Positions 1-37,712 of a stretch of DNA of 64,000 nt are shown here, piece by piece (positions within the stretch are counted from its first letter, which is position 1; each line of letters begins with the position of its first letter). A program made the translations under genes and the position numbers. The stretch is from the human T2T-CHM13v2.0 reference genome, Homo sapiens. Where the stretch lies: assembly GCF_009914755.1 (NCBI RefSeq), contig NC_060941.1; one strand, 5' to 3'. The notes beneath the pieces are model-generated. The model did no database searches, was not told where the DNA came from, and saw only the letters and a list, made by a program, of their open reading frames with translations.

Positions 1-94
1 CCAGGCTGGTCTTCAACTCCTGATCTCAGGTGATCCACCCGCCTCAGCCTCCCACAGTGCTGGGATTACAGGTGTGAGCCACTGCGCACAGCCC
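1..94 (-). mobile_element. Alu, partial (cut by window edge)
   Basis: Reverse-complement Alu left-arm sequence. Confidence 0.9.
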
Positions 95-134
95 AAACTG
101 ATCCTTTAAAATTCAAATTTAATTCAGCTCCACA

Positions 135-310
135 CATACTTTGTGTTTTGGGGCAAATTATTCCAGCTCTCTTAAGTCTCTTTTATCTCATCTCTATTAA
201 CAAGTTGACAATAATGGCTCCTACCCCAGAGGCTGAGACAAATAATGTTAAAACTCACTACAATGCTTGGCACACGGTAGGTGCTCCATGGATGTCTGCT
301 ATTATTTTTT
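135..310 (+). mobile_element. MIR fragment
   Basis: Degenerate MIR core and 3' end (ttggggcaaatta...ctcttaagtctc...gcttggcacacggtaggtgctc). Confidence 0.55.
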
Positions 311-535
311 GCTTTTAATAGTAACATAATTTACATTACTAGTTATTATTATATGCTAAGCTCTGTTTTAAGTGCAGCCAAGATGAAGTTTAACTGCCTT
401 GCCCAAAGTCAGGCAGCTAAGCAGTGGCACTGGTGGACTATGAACCCAAGCACTGGACTTTTAACCACCTCTCACTTGCATGATCCTCCAGTTGCCCTCT
501 TAGAACCACTGTGCCTTCTCAGAGACTTCAGCTGA

Positions 536-1543
<1,008 letters not shown>

Positions 1544-1879
1544 TTATTTGGTTTAGCATTTAATAGGCACATAATCAACATTTACTGTTCAATTGAAACA
1601 AAATTAAAATTGGGCGCTGTCTCTATCTTTATTTGTGATCGGCCCTAACTGCACTGGCAATCTTTTCCGTTTTTTTGTTTTCTGTTTTCCATTCGCATGC
1701 CCCTTAGCGTACCTGGGGCTCCGGCTCCTTTACAAATGAAACCCAAAGTGCTCCGCAAGCACAGCCAGCGAAAGCGAAAAACTCTGAAACGGACAAGATG
1801 GCTGCCACCTCTTCGCGCCTCTTAGTCCCACCCACTCAGGGCGGAGGTCTGCGTCATGTGACCCTCCCCTTCTTGGCTC

Positions 1880-1973
1880 CGCCTCCTACCGCAGTGCTTG
1901 ACGGGAGGCGGAGCGGGGAACGAGGCCGTCGGCCATTTTGTGTCTGCTTCCTGTGGGACGTGGTGGTAGCCGT
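1880..1973 (+). ncRNA. MIR632: Annotated microRNA hairpin mir-632 (mature GUGUCUGCUUCCUGUGGGA at 1940-1958), overlapping the ZNF207 5' end
   Basis: Matches my recollection of the hsa-mir-632 precursor (CGCCTCCTACCGCAGTG...GGTAGCCGT). Its status as a true miRNA is doubtful. Confidence 0.75.
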
Positions 1974-2056
1974 TGGGTTGGGAAAGTGAGGGATTTTTGG
2001 CCTCGTTTCTCCTGCTTCTTTTCTCCTCCCTTTTACTTTGCCGGTAGAACACAGTT

Positions 2057-21534
<19,478 letters not shown>

Positions 21535-21706
21535 TCTTACTTCATCCAGTCTAATAGGTTTGGAGATTAAACCTTTTCTCAACTTGTGCTGTTTATATAG
21601 CCAAGCTTCCGTCAATAAGGCTTCATTGTGACTTTAACAAACATTATCTTCCCACATACCAGGAACTATTGGACATTTATTTTACATGGGAAAAATTATT
21701 TGGAAT

Positions 21707-22225
21707 AATAAAGCAGGAACTTTTCCTGAAGTTGCAATTTATACTGTATGGCTTCTTTTTCATGTTTCATCTAGGTTTTTAGAAGTGAAGTATAGTAAAT
21801 TTGGTTCGTTAAATTGTGAAGGCGCTGGAATTACATGAACATACCACCCTAGTAAAGGCAAGTTCTGTAAGCTTACATTGCTATTTGTAAAGTTTGCCTT
21901 CACAGCATTTCAGATGCTGTTGGACTTCATGTCCCCAACCTAGCTTGGTGAGGGCTGTAACTGTTTCCAAGTACTTGTACATTGGAAGTCTGAATGTGTA
22001 ACAATATTTAATGTATTTAGAGTTCCTCATGTTGCAGGGTTTAAGAAATCTGACCCACCAAGGTCATGTGACTTTTCTGTACTGTTAAACTTCATTGTAA
22101 TAAAATGAGAGAAAAATTTATGCCTTTTTATTCATAACCCAGCTGTGGACCACTGCCTGAAAGGTTTGTACAGATGCATGCCACAGTAGATGTCCACATA
22201 ATAAAATTCATAGTTACCAATGCAG
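21707..22225 (+). terminator. Proximal polyadenylation signals of ZNF207 (AATAAA at 21707, 22099, 22200)
   Basis: Canonical hexamers in the 3' UTR. The 22200 site is followed by U/GU-rich sequence. Confidence 0.7.
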
Positions 22226-23241
22226 TTTTGATATATCATTGGATTCTGTCTTTGAGTTGTAGGTTATTTCTTAGCTGCATGTTTTAAACTGAATTTGCAT
22301 AGAGTTGTATGTTAATGTTTCAGTTAAGAGAAAAACTTAAGATACATGAGTCATTACATAATGGGTATGAAATCTTTATAATCACCCTTCCACCCTCTAT
22401 GGTGTCAGTACACATCACGTGTCATAGATACTTAAAATGTAAATGTTAACACTTTTCCTTCCTGCTGAGATGTTTAGAGCCTAGTGCCAGACCCATTCAT
22501 TTCCTTTTGATTATTTTTGAGACTCAGTACTGCATGGACCTCAGAAGCTTTTCAGGTGCAAACTTCTAGAAGCTTAGGTGCATGCAGTAATAGCTTCTTG
22601 TGCTGTTAATGGGTTATTATATATTATTCTAAGTGTAATGCTGAGAATCTAAATGTGTCTCTGTTGGGATGGTTAACAGATGAATTGGCAATTTTTATTA
22701 TGTTCCTGGAAGATTACATTATTCATTTGAGTACCTTCTGTTATTAAGCCTAGGTAGCCTTACTGTGCAACTTTTTATTTATCCTTGGAAATTTTGAATG
22801 TTGTGTTCTTACAGAGAGCTTTTCTGTAGAGATGACTGCTATTCAATATTTTGTGTTGCAACCTCTTAAAATAATAGCTCTTGTTGACCTTTTTGGGATC
22901 TGTTTTTCTGATCTTTTGCAGGGTAGTTTTATGATTTTTTAGGCATCAAATAACCTATGCAAAGTATTAATATAATGAACTCAAGTTGAGTTTTTCTCAT
23001 TATAAAGTTAAGACTTCTAAGAAAATGGTAACATTTCTTTATAACTTTCCTGTGAAGGTATAGATAAAACACATGAAGTCTGAAGTTGTATGGAAAAAAG
23101 GGCTTTAACTTTGAAGGAAAATATATTGAAAAGTGATTTAGCCATCACAAAAGAGTTCGTATTTATGTGACAGATGAAAGTCATACCTTTAAGCAAAACA
23201 TTGCAAGTATTATAAAGCTGAATGCTATTTTAACTCACATT

Positions 23242-26291
<3,050 letters not shown>

Positions 26292-29200
26292 AAAATCTGC
26301 ATTCTTAATCACAAACTTACGCATTGAATGTTAAGGCTAAAAGGTCATCTGGAAATGCTTAATTTTAAAATATTTTCAAGCCTCACCACATTAGAGCAAA
26401 TGTTAATGTAGAGCCCTGTAAAGGTGGGAAGGTGGTGTCTATGTGTGTGCTTGTGTATGTGGGGGTATAGACCATATAGTTGATATAACAACAGAATTTG
26501 GGTGTTACAGACCTTTCAGCATGGATGGATTACTAATTTTCAGGTATCGAAACTGAAATTTGATACCTGATCCTGTGGTAAAGTATGTTAAACTATGGTT
26601 TTGGAGTGATTGTTTTGAGGTTCATTTTCAGCCTCACTGAACAGTGTTTTACGCACATGTGAAAAGTATCCACATTTGTTTCCAACTAAAATTTGCTTTT
26701 ATTTGGTGAGAAAAGTTGTGTGCGTGTGTTTGTTGTAGGGAATAATTAGGGAATTGGAAGAGAGGCCAAAAACAAACCTGAATTACTTTTGTTTCTTGTG
26801 TTTGAGCCACGATTCTATCCAGATAGCAGTTTACTCTGAGCAGTAACAATGAACAAGCAGTATAGCATTTAGCAAACCTGGAATTGTTTGTATATGGTTT
26901 TCATTCTTGGAAGCATAAAGAAAAAATATGCATTAAATGAATTGTAAATTTTGACTTGTTAAATAACATGTTTTTCACTATAACTAATAGGATTTTAATA
27001 TTTAAAGAATTTTGTTGCTTCCATGACAAAATATCCCATTGGACTATTTTATAACCTCAGTAATCAACATTTAAGAGTCCTTAATTGGAGATCTGTTTTC
27101 TCTATTACCTACCATCCTGCAATATGCTGAAATCTTTCTAAGTTGCTTATCTTAATTCTAATGGTGATAATTGAAAAAAGTGTGCTGGAAATACAGGCTC
27201 TTATCTGGTTGAGTACTGGGGGTGGGAAGGATTTAGTAATGTCATAATCTGTTGAAGGTAATATCTATAGATAACTAAGATAGTTCCTTTTTTTTTGTAG
27301 TTCTGTGACTCAGACAAATAAGATTTTGAGAATTATGTAGTTTTTAGGTGTCTGTAACATCCACTAGTAAAACTTGGCAAATGAAAGAAAATTGTGAAGT
27401 CACCACTTTAACTGAGTCAAAATTTTGTTTGAATAAGCTGATGAAAATAGACATGTACCCTAGAAGTAGATACTCTAAAATTATACAGACATGAATGTCT
27501 TTTTTAAAAGGTTGTCATTATTGACCTAATATTGAGTAATCTTTCTGCGTTATTCCAAATTGAAATTTGTTTGCTCTTCATTGTAACTTTTATGTAAAAG
27601 TCCTTTAAAAGGGGATTCAATTATAAGGCTATTTGACTATAGGGCAGATTTTTATAAGTAAACATTCCCCCAATTCCACTTATGCTAACTGTCTCATGAC
27701 AGTAAAGTTTACTCCTTTTTAGAAACCCTTTCTCAGTATTTTAATTTCTGTCATTGAATCATTTAAATAATAACCTTTTGTTTTTATAGCAAAGAAATCA
27801 TCTGACTTTTCTGTGTGATGTTTCTTGGCAAAATAAGCACTTGATGTATGGTCATGTACATAATGGATATTCATTAATTTTGTGATTAGTGCTGAGTTTT
27901 CTAAACTACTATCTTAAGCTCTTAGGCACCCTATTATGGATCTAATTCAAACCAATATGTAGGAAATGGAGAAAGTAGGACTTCAGTTTGCGCTTCCCAA
28001 TAACTTTAAATATATCCACCTTTTCCAAGTGTTTAAGCCCTAAAACATCTATCTTTATTTTTTTACCTGGCATTTTTGTTAGAAAATAGATTACGTTTTA
28101 AAGTAACATTAAAAAAATTCTTCAGTAAGATAATTGCTTTTAATAAGTATATTTTTCTTGCTCTTGGCTCTATACATTTTTGCATAATATTTTAGTCTTG
28201 AAAAGCTTTTCATTTTCTTAACTCTGGAAAATAATAGTTTGGAACTAAATTAGTTTGAGAAATCTGAATCATCTCTCTTTAAATCTGTTCAGTTAGTCTC
28301 ATGTATTCTCAGGGGAAAATGTCTTTATTTTACTAAGCGGAAGTAGTAGTCATATTGAGGCAGAAATTTGTAGCCCAAACAAGGTAGGTCTTCGCTGAAA
28401 CTAATTTGAACTATTCCTATTTGAAGCAAATTGAACACTATTATAAATCTAGACTGGCTAATTAGATGGAAACTTTGATGGTTAGGTTCTTTAAGAGGCA
28501 TACAATCCGTTATGAGAATGTTTATGTTTATGTTTTAATTTTTATCAAAATAACCTCAGAGGAGGTACATGTGAGTAAACTGTCTTAATGGTTGATTACT
28601 TGGAACCCACCCATTAATTCTAAATGATGTAATGGTCTATAAGGTAGTAATCTGGCACAGCTTCAGTAATGTGTGCTGTGTTTGTAAAAAGGTGAAGTAC
28701 TTTATTGGCATTTTCTAAGCCCTCTGACATTGTTAGTGTCTGGGTTGGTTGGTTTGCATTTTACTATTATGGTGGAATCTGTGTTCCTTCACCATTGGTT
28801 AAGTCTGAGGAACTAACAGTGAAATTCATTGATGGCCAACTTGGATAAAAATGAAGAATGATATTTTCCCAGTTTACTACACATGGACCAATAGTGATTA
28901 TTTGGGAGAGAACACTGGGTAGTATTGTTTGACTTAAGAACCTTAAATATATTGAAAAGTAATGGCATTCTTGCTCATGATTTGCATTTGTTAGTGAGGT
29001 CTCACCATAGTATTTTAATGTAGCTTCTTATTAAAATTTTATTCATAAATAGTTTAGCAGTCACAGAGGTGAAAAAAAAAAGATTTGCACCATCATATCC
29101 GAGTCTTTACTAATAAAATGAGGCTGCTTAAGTACCCAAGTGGAGCAAGGGAAGAGTTACTACAGTTACTGTAAGTCTGAGTTAGAAAAAATACAGAGCA

Positions 29201-32200
29201 TCTAGTTATTGAGCAAAGCCCCCTTTTACCTGTTCGCTTATTCAAAGAGAAACAATAGAATTTGCTTCTCAGTACATGTTTTTAAAATTGAGAATCTCTG
29301 ATGTGACAAAATCAATTTTTACAAAAGTTGAATTAAAAACTTTTAAAAATTGCTTGTCTTTGGGGGTATGTCTACATATTCGTTTAAATTTAGAAATTCC
29401 CACATGTTTAAGATATATGCCCATCCCCTTTTTAGAGTAATCAAAATTTCTATCACAGTTCACATACTGGAATACATAGTAAAATTGAGATGTGTCCAAG
29501 AGATTTTCAATGTTAATTAGCTCATTCTAAATAGCCAATATAAGGTAACTTCTGTTTAAAAAAAAAAAAAACTAGGGAAAAGTTTTAAATGTATTAGTAT
29601 CAGGCTCTGAGGAAATTTAATGCACATTGACTTTTTAAACTATGGATTGAACTCCTCAGTTTAATACAATTTGTGTTTTTGTTAACTAGCAGCAGAATTT
29701 CAGCATTTGCTACTTACTGGTAGAGAAGAAAAATCCCACAGCCCTGCCAGTACAGGTTAGTTTAATCTGTAAGTACCTGATGTTCCTATTTTTTTCAAAC
29801 ATATCCATATAACTCACACAAGGAAGAAAGCTGTGCGGTTACTTAAATGTTAGTATAACTAATAATAGATCCATTGGACACTTTAAACACTCAGTACTTG
29901 GGCCAAAGTAGATCTAGGTTTGCTAACCCCAGTTGTAATAAAGGTGTAATACTGCTCCTTTGTTATCTCCTTGTGGTTCAACCTAAGTAGATACATTGTA
30001 CATAAAAGGAAAAGACAGTTTCAGTTGGCTATGCCCTTGTTGATAGATGATATGGAGTCCAGGGCTTTGGGTCCAGGGTCTTTTACTTAAGCTATTTCAT
30101 GGTGGTTCTCTCATTCACCTTTTAACTTTTTACATTATGAATCAACCTAAGAAAAAAGGCAAGTTTCCTCACATCTAGAAATGATAAATGGTGTACAGTC
30201 ATAAGCTAGAATATGTTTTTATAATGCTTTTTTGTTCTTTTAGCAACACTTGTAAATACAAGTACTCCTCTATTTTTGTTCTTTTTTTGTAAACTATAAC
30301 GTATCCCGTTGGTGTACCAGTGAGTTCATTTTACTGTAAACTAAGAATAACATACCTTTTTAATACTGAAAGTTGACTACTCATCAAGAAATGTAGCTAG
30401 ATTCTTTATGTAACACTTTTGAGGGGCAGTGGGGACATAATGGGTTGTGGAAAATGTGTTTTAACATTTTTATTTTTTTTTTATTCTACCCGAGTTCATT
30501 GTTGTTTGAACCATCCTCTAAAGATTTCCTTTAACCTCTAAATGTTGTGCTTTTAGGTTGATAACAAATGTAAAGCACTGAGGAGGGAGGAATAAAGCAT
30601 ACAAGTTAATTTCTAATTTTCGCAAGCCTGAACCATCCTAATCTGATAGTAGGATGTATGGCTTCTTCCTTTTCACCTTGTGTGATGTTTAATTTGAGAC
30701 GATCTAGCCATAAAACTAGTAATCTTGAATTCCTCTTGAGCTGGATGGTGATTAGCCATTGTGAAAACAGATTATATGGAAATTGTGCATATTGCTAAAT
30801 TTTAAAACATGGATTTATCAACTGATAATAAAATATATCTTACAAGATAACCACTTGTTTTTTAATGTAAAATTGCACAAGGGCTTAAGTTTCATTGCCT
30901 TTCACAGTTTAATCTGTATATGAAATGGTGTAGATACAGTGGAAATGGTTTTCCTTAAAACCATCTCTTTAAAGCTGCCTTTCTGGTGAGTACTGTTTTA
31001 TACTTTTATATATTATAATTTTATCTTCTAAAATTAACTGAAATAGGACACTTTGATTAAAGAGGTGAGCACTCTGAATTTCTACATCTTTGGATATTAC
31101 TTGAATCAAGAATATTAGAAAATTATTTTACCACCTGGCATTTCCCTTTTAATTTGCTAGTTCACTTTTTTCTGACCTTCACTTAACAGACTATAAATAC
31201 AAAAACTTTGAACACATAAATTATTTCATTTTGGTGAGATGGAATAAATGTTTAAAATTAGTATTTAAGAAAGTTCTTAAACATTTTTTTTAGTTGGCAG
31301 CCAAAAGATTTTTCTTAGTGCTTTGGAGACATTGCATAGGTGTAAAATTAAGATACCAGAACTTCATTCTGTTCTTGTTGAAGCTGTTGTTGTGGTGATT
31401 CATGAGCAGTAAGCTGGAGTTAGAGTGGAAGAAGGGTTTACCAAAATTCTTCCTGCAGACTAGTTGCTTACAGGGTTTCTTTGAGAGGCTTAAAAATTTC
31501 AAAAGTATTATTTAAGCCACTCTAACCCTGCATGAAAAATTGGAGTTAGAAATACTGATTTCTGAGACCACGTATACCAGTGAAAATTAGCTTCTGAGTA
31601 AATTTCTAATTTATGCCCTGCTTTATTTAGCCTCGCTATATGTAACACATGGATTATTTTTTCCCTCTAGTTTTTAACTATATCCTAGATTAAAACCAGC
31701 ATATGCTAAGAATGTTTTTACATTCTGTTTCCTCCTGTGATCTTTCTGAACCAATAATAAACAGTCAACTGTGATGCTTTTTAGTATGAACAATGATAGT
31801 TTTCTAAAATCTGAAAATCAATACCTGAGTATGTGATGTGGCAATGCATTCTTCTAGATAAGCACTAAACAAAGTATGGACCCTCAATTTATGTCTTTAA
31901 GATTTAAAGTGAAGTAAATTTCTAAGGAACTGTGTCCTTTCCTAGCAGGAATAAACAGTGAAAATTTGGTAAGTATTTAACTTGAAGTGCATGTAATAGT
32001 GATGAGAGTAAGTAGCCAAATTTCCGTAATATAAGGTAATGTTTAAAAGTGAGCAATAATTATTGCATCTCTTTTGCGACTTCATGTAGATGTGATTAAC
32101 ATTTTTTACAAATTTGCCTGCATAAAGATTAAATTGGAACATACCTTACTCCTTTGTCTGGTTTTTTTATTTTGTATGGTGCTTTAAATACTAATTTTAT

Positions 32201-32410
32201 ATTTCAAGCTTTTTGCAGGGTAGAAATAAGTGGCTGTTAAAGAAAATATCTTCAAGAAGGATTATTTCAGTGTCCCTTTTTAAAACTCGATGATGGCTTT
32301 CAGTTTATTTAAGTCTTCTGTTTTTCAGCTCCAGTTAAAACTGACAATAGGCAGCTATCAAAAATGGAAAAAATCTTGTGCTCTTTCTGGAATATTAGAG
32401 GAATCAGTTA

Positions 32411-32862
<452 letters not shown>

Positions 32863-33635
32863 TTATTTCTGAGGAAAAGGTCCATTTATTTCCAAACTAG
32901 TCTGTAGTGGTTTAGAGTAAGCATTATTTTATGAAGTGGTACAAGATTGCAAAGGTTAGTAAAGGGACCTGTCTGTCAGGTCAATCTTCGGTCTTCACTT
33001 TTACTGGCAAGGGATTATGTGAAGAGTAAGTCATACAAGGGATATGATTGTAAGGAGGTCCTGAACAAAGCATGATAAATGTTAGTCCATGTGTATTATT
33101 AAATGGTCTAAAGAAAAATCATGACTGATCGCATAATTTTTAATGTAAGTAAATGAGCTCACTAAGGGTAATTAAATACTAGCTTTTAAAATTTAAAGTT
33201 CTCACGAATATTAGTGCATCTTGTCACTTTGATTTGTCACCTGGTTAAATAGCTGGAAGCTTGTGCAAATGAAAAATGAAATGGAAGACTACATTTGTAT
33301 ATATATCTGTATAATTTTTGTTTACTAGTAGGTTCAGAGAGAGATCTGAGATGTTCCTTAACATGTAGCCATGTAATTAGAACTCACAAGGGGCATTGAA
33401 ATGTTTTTCTTTTTCAGATAGTCTGGGGCTATTTACTTATTTTAAGTAAGCCAAGTCTACCATTTGAAAAATGGTGCTTTATTTCCATATCTGAAGCCTG
33501 AAGTTATTTTTTAGTTTGTTTTCATCTAAAAGTGGAAAGATTTTTGCTTCTGCGTTATTAAGAGCCTCTTTGTTTGGAGGAGATGGTTATCTCCTTCACT
33601 CATTAACCTTTGAGTGCTTGTTATCTACAAAGATG

Positions 33636-33665
33636 AATAAAATCTTTCATTTATTATTTATGATA
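33636..33665 (+). terminator. Candidate distal poly(A) signal ending a ~12 kb extended 3' UTR
   Basis: AATAAA at 33636-33641 with U-rich downstream element, at the end of the Alu-poor AT-rich tract. Roughly consistent with my recollection of the annotated gene length (~32 kb). Confidence 0.55.
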
Positions 33666-33869
33666 CTTGTCTGAGCCCATTTTTTAAATTTGTATCCAGA
33701 ACAGTTATATATTAATAAGGTATTATGATATGCATCAGTTGTCCTGAGCAGTTTTTGTTGTATCCTGGGAACTGTAAGGAATAATTATTAAATACAGAAT
33801 GTCTACGGGGAAAAGGGGTAAAAGAGCACGCTTAGTGTGCATATTTTGTATGTGATAGTTGGGTAGGTA

Positions 33870-34075
33870 GATGAGCCAGAAGAAACAGTGATTTAGAGTG
33901 AGCATAAAACTAGATCTTGCAACCAAATCCTTGCTTTTCTATTATTTATTAGTTATATGACCTGGAACAAATTACTTTTCAAATGGTAGTTATAAGTTTC
34001 ATAGGTTTGTGAGAAACAAGTAAATATGTGTAGAAGAATTTGGCCTGGCAACTTTGTAAGTGCTCAGTATTTTCT
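33870..34075 (+). mobile_element. MIR fragment
   Basis: Degenerate MIR (caaatcc...tatgacctggaacaaattactt...gtaagtgctcagta). Confidence 0.55.
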
Positions 34076-35458
34076 GTATGTTTACTTGAAAGAACTAACA
34101 CACTATACATTTGTGCTAACCTTGTTAGACCACAGGCAATGGTGGGAGCAGACAGTTATTGCAAATCAAAAAATTTCATTTAGCACATATATATGAATGC
34201 CCACAGTGTGCTTTGATATTATCCTTTGTACATAGTAGAGAGGAAGTGCATCTGAGTAGAGACTTTGGAACTGAGGATTTAAGAAGCCAGCCTTTGCACA
34301 AAGTCTCATTGAGTAACAGTGTTTTGGGTAGTAGGTGTGCAGAAACCATGAGATGGGAAACATAACATCTTGAACAAAAAATGAGGTTTGAATGGTGGGT
34401 GGGATGGGTGCGTGTGCATGTAAGGTGAGTGGAGATGGGAGAGAGAGAGAGGCCAAGTCTCACAATGGACCATGGTTTGAATGTCATTCTAATGGAAATC
34501 TTTTGAAGAACTTGGAGCTGGTGAGTAATACATGGTTTATGATTAACAGATTATCCTAAGTTGGTTGGCAGTGGGGCAGGGTGGGTTGGTGGGCAGTATG
34601 AGGATCAGTTAGAAGGCAAGAAGAACCTGGCCCCAAACATCTCAAGAGTAACTGATGTAATGACTTACTGAATAGTCATGGGAGAAGTTAGAAGATGCTA
34701 ACCTTGAATGTGTGAAACACAGGAAAAGGCAAAAAGCAAAATATTGATGCTGGGTACAGTGACTTATGCCTGTAAACTCAGCAACTGAGGCTGAGTTGGG
34801 AGGATTGCGTCAGGCCATGAGTTCAAGGCTGCAGTGAACCATGATGGTGCCACTGCACTCGCTGGTGCCCGGGCAACAGTGAGACCCCCAACTCAAAAAG
34901 GAAACATTGGAAATACAGTGGGTTGGTTTGGGGGATTTTTTGTTTTTTTTTGTTTTTGTTATTTATTTGTTTGGACGCTGTTTAGGCTCCACCTAATCTG
35001 TAAGACTTATTTAGGAAATGTTTGTTGGAGATCGAGTAAGACATTGAGAGGCAAAAAATAAGTTTCTTCAAGAGTCTAAGAAGGATACATCAGTAACAAA
35101 GTGAAAATGCCCTCAAAGGACGTAAAATTTGGAGAAAGCAAATTCCATCTATGTGATCTCAGGATGGTGGCATTTGAAGTAGGTCTTGGATTGTTAGGAT
35201 TTGGGCAAATTGGAAAAAAACGTGTTAGAAAAGAGATGGGAAAACCCAACAGTATGAGGCTTATGAAGGAAAGTTCTAAAGAATGAGGTCATTGGAGTCT
35301 AAAGTGTAAAGTTCCTTGAATACCACATTAGGCATATACATTTTCTCTAGGAGTTGGGGTGTCTTGGGATTCTTGGCATAAAAACAACATTAACTGCCTG
35401 GGTGTGGTGGCTCACACCTGTAATCCCAGCACTTTAAGAGGCTTAGGTGGGCAGATTA

Positions 35459-35737
<279 letters not shown>

Positions 35738-36487
35738 TCAGAAGCACCCAGGGTATCATTATAGGCTGCCACTATTTCCTGGTACCACAGGATATTTCCA
35801 TATCACTACCATCTGGGTGACAGGGAATAATAAAATTTAGAAACTGTAACTGGGCCGGACAGCTATTGACTTGGTGAGTTGAAACTAGAACTATCTTATG
35901 TTCAGTAAGGCCAGTTTAAAGTGTTTTGGAAGCCTTATATACCTGAGGCCATTGTACTTCTTGGTCACTTTACAAACTAAGTTTCTTAATTTTTTACTAT
36001 TCCCCACAATTATAGGACATTGTTCTGCTCAGAAACCTTTGTTATCACCACATAACTTGTATTTTGTAGTAACAGAACACCCCTCTTTCTGAATTCTTCA
36101 TGGAACTTTCCTGAAAGCTGGTTCTGAGTCTCTACCAATGTATATTCATACATTGTGCATGTATTATAACCATGTACAATGGAAGTGAGCAATGTGTAAC
36201 CATATGTCTCAGTATTTGCTAGGATCATGATGCTATGAAGCAATTGATAGTCACCCTTTTCACTTATTCCCCTTGCTATTCCACATCACTGCTTTTCCTC
36301 ATCCGTCGATGCCATAAACAGTTTGTCTGATGGCTTTCTGATTCATGAAGATGGTAAAAGCCAAGGCCCTCAACCTACCATATCTATAAAATCTGTATTT
36401 GCATCCTTTTTTATTACATTGTACTAGGCATCCATTAACAGCTCTCCTCTTTTGCTATGCTCTGGAATCCAACTTTTGCCATTGTAG

Positions 36488-36748
<261 letters not shown>

Positions 36749-37307
36749 TAGCCAGGAGGGTCTCGATCTCCTGACCCTGAGATCCACCCGCCTCGGCCTA
36801 CCAAAGTGCTGGGATTACAGGCGTGAGCCACCGCATCCGGCCCGTTTCTCATTCTGTTAATGACTCCTTTTTCCTAGGATAAAATTTGGATAAAATAGGA
36901 GTCAAGACTGAGGCTCAGGTTTTACCTCTGAAAACTCTTGGCTCAAAGACCCTTAATAATCTGACTCCTGCTTATCTTTCCAAAATAATTTCTTGCCGTT
37001 CTCCCTTGGTACTTGGCTTAAACTCTCAACACCCTCTCTGCCCCTTAGTACTTTGACTTGTGTAACTTCCACTTCCTCACATCTGCCAAATACTAGTTTA
37101 GAGTTAATTCCCTCTTACAAATCCCTGATCCTCTGTGATGACCTTCGTATGTGCTTTCATTGCATTATGTACTTACCATCAATTTGTGTGTTTATACTGG
37201 ACTGCAACCTCGGACGCAGGACTGTGTCTTGTTCATTTCATTCCTAAAACTTAGCACGTTGCACGACACTTAAAAAGAGGCGCTTAGTAATTGCTGGGTT
37301 AAATTGA

Positions 37308-37712
<405 letters not shown>

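Noticed and set aside
1798-1989. 63-aa ORF MAATSSRLL... with a strong Kozak-like context
   Set aside because: The AAGATGGC is the YY1 motif and probably lies upstream of the main TSS. No domain or splice support.
22534-22590. Mini-ORF MDLRSFSGANF* and a run of HindIII/XbaI/SphI sites
   Set aside because: Too short to call coding. The restriction sites follow from the palindromic structure and do not by themselves show a vector origin.
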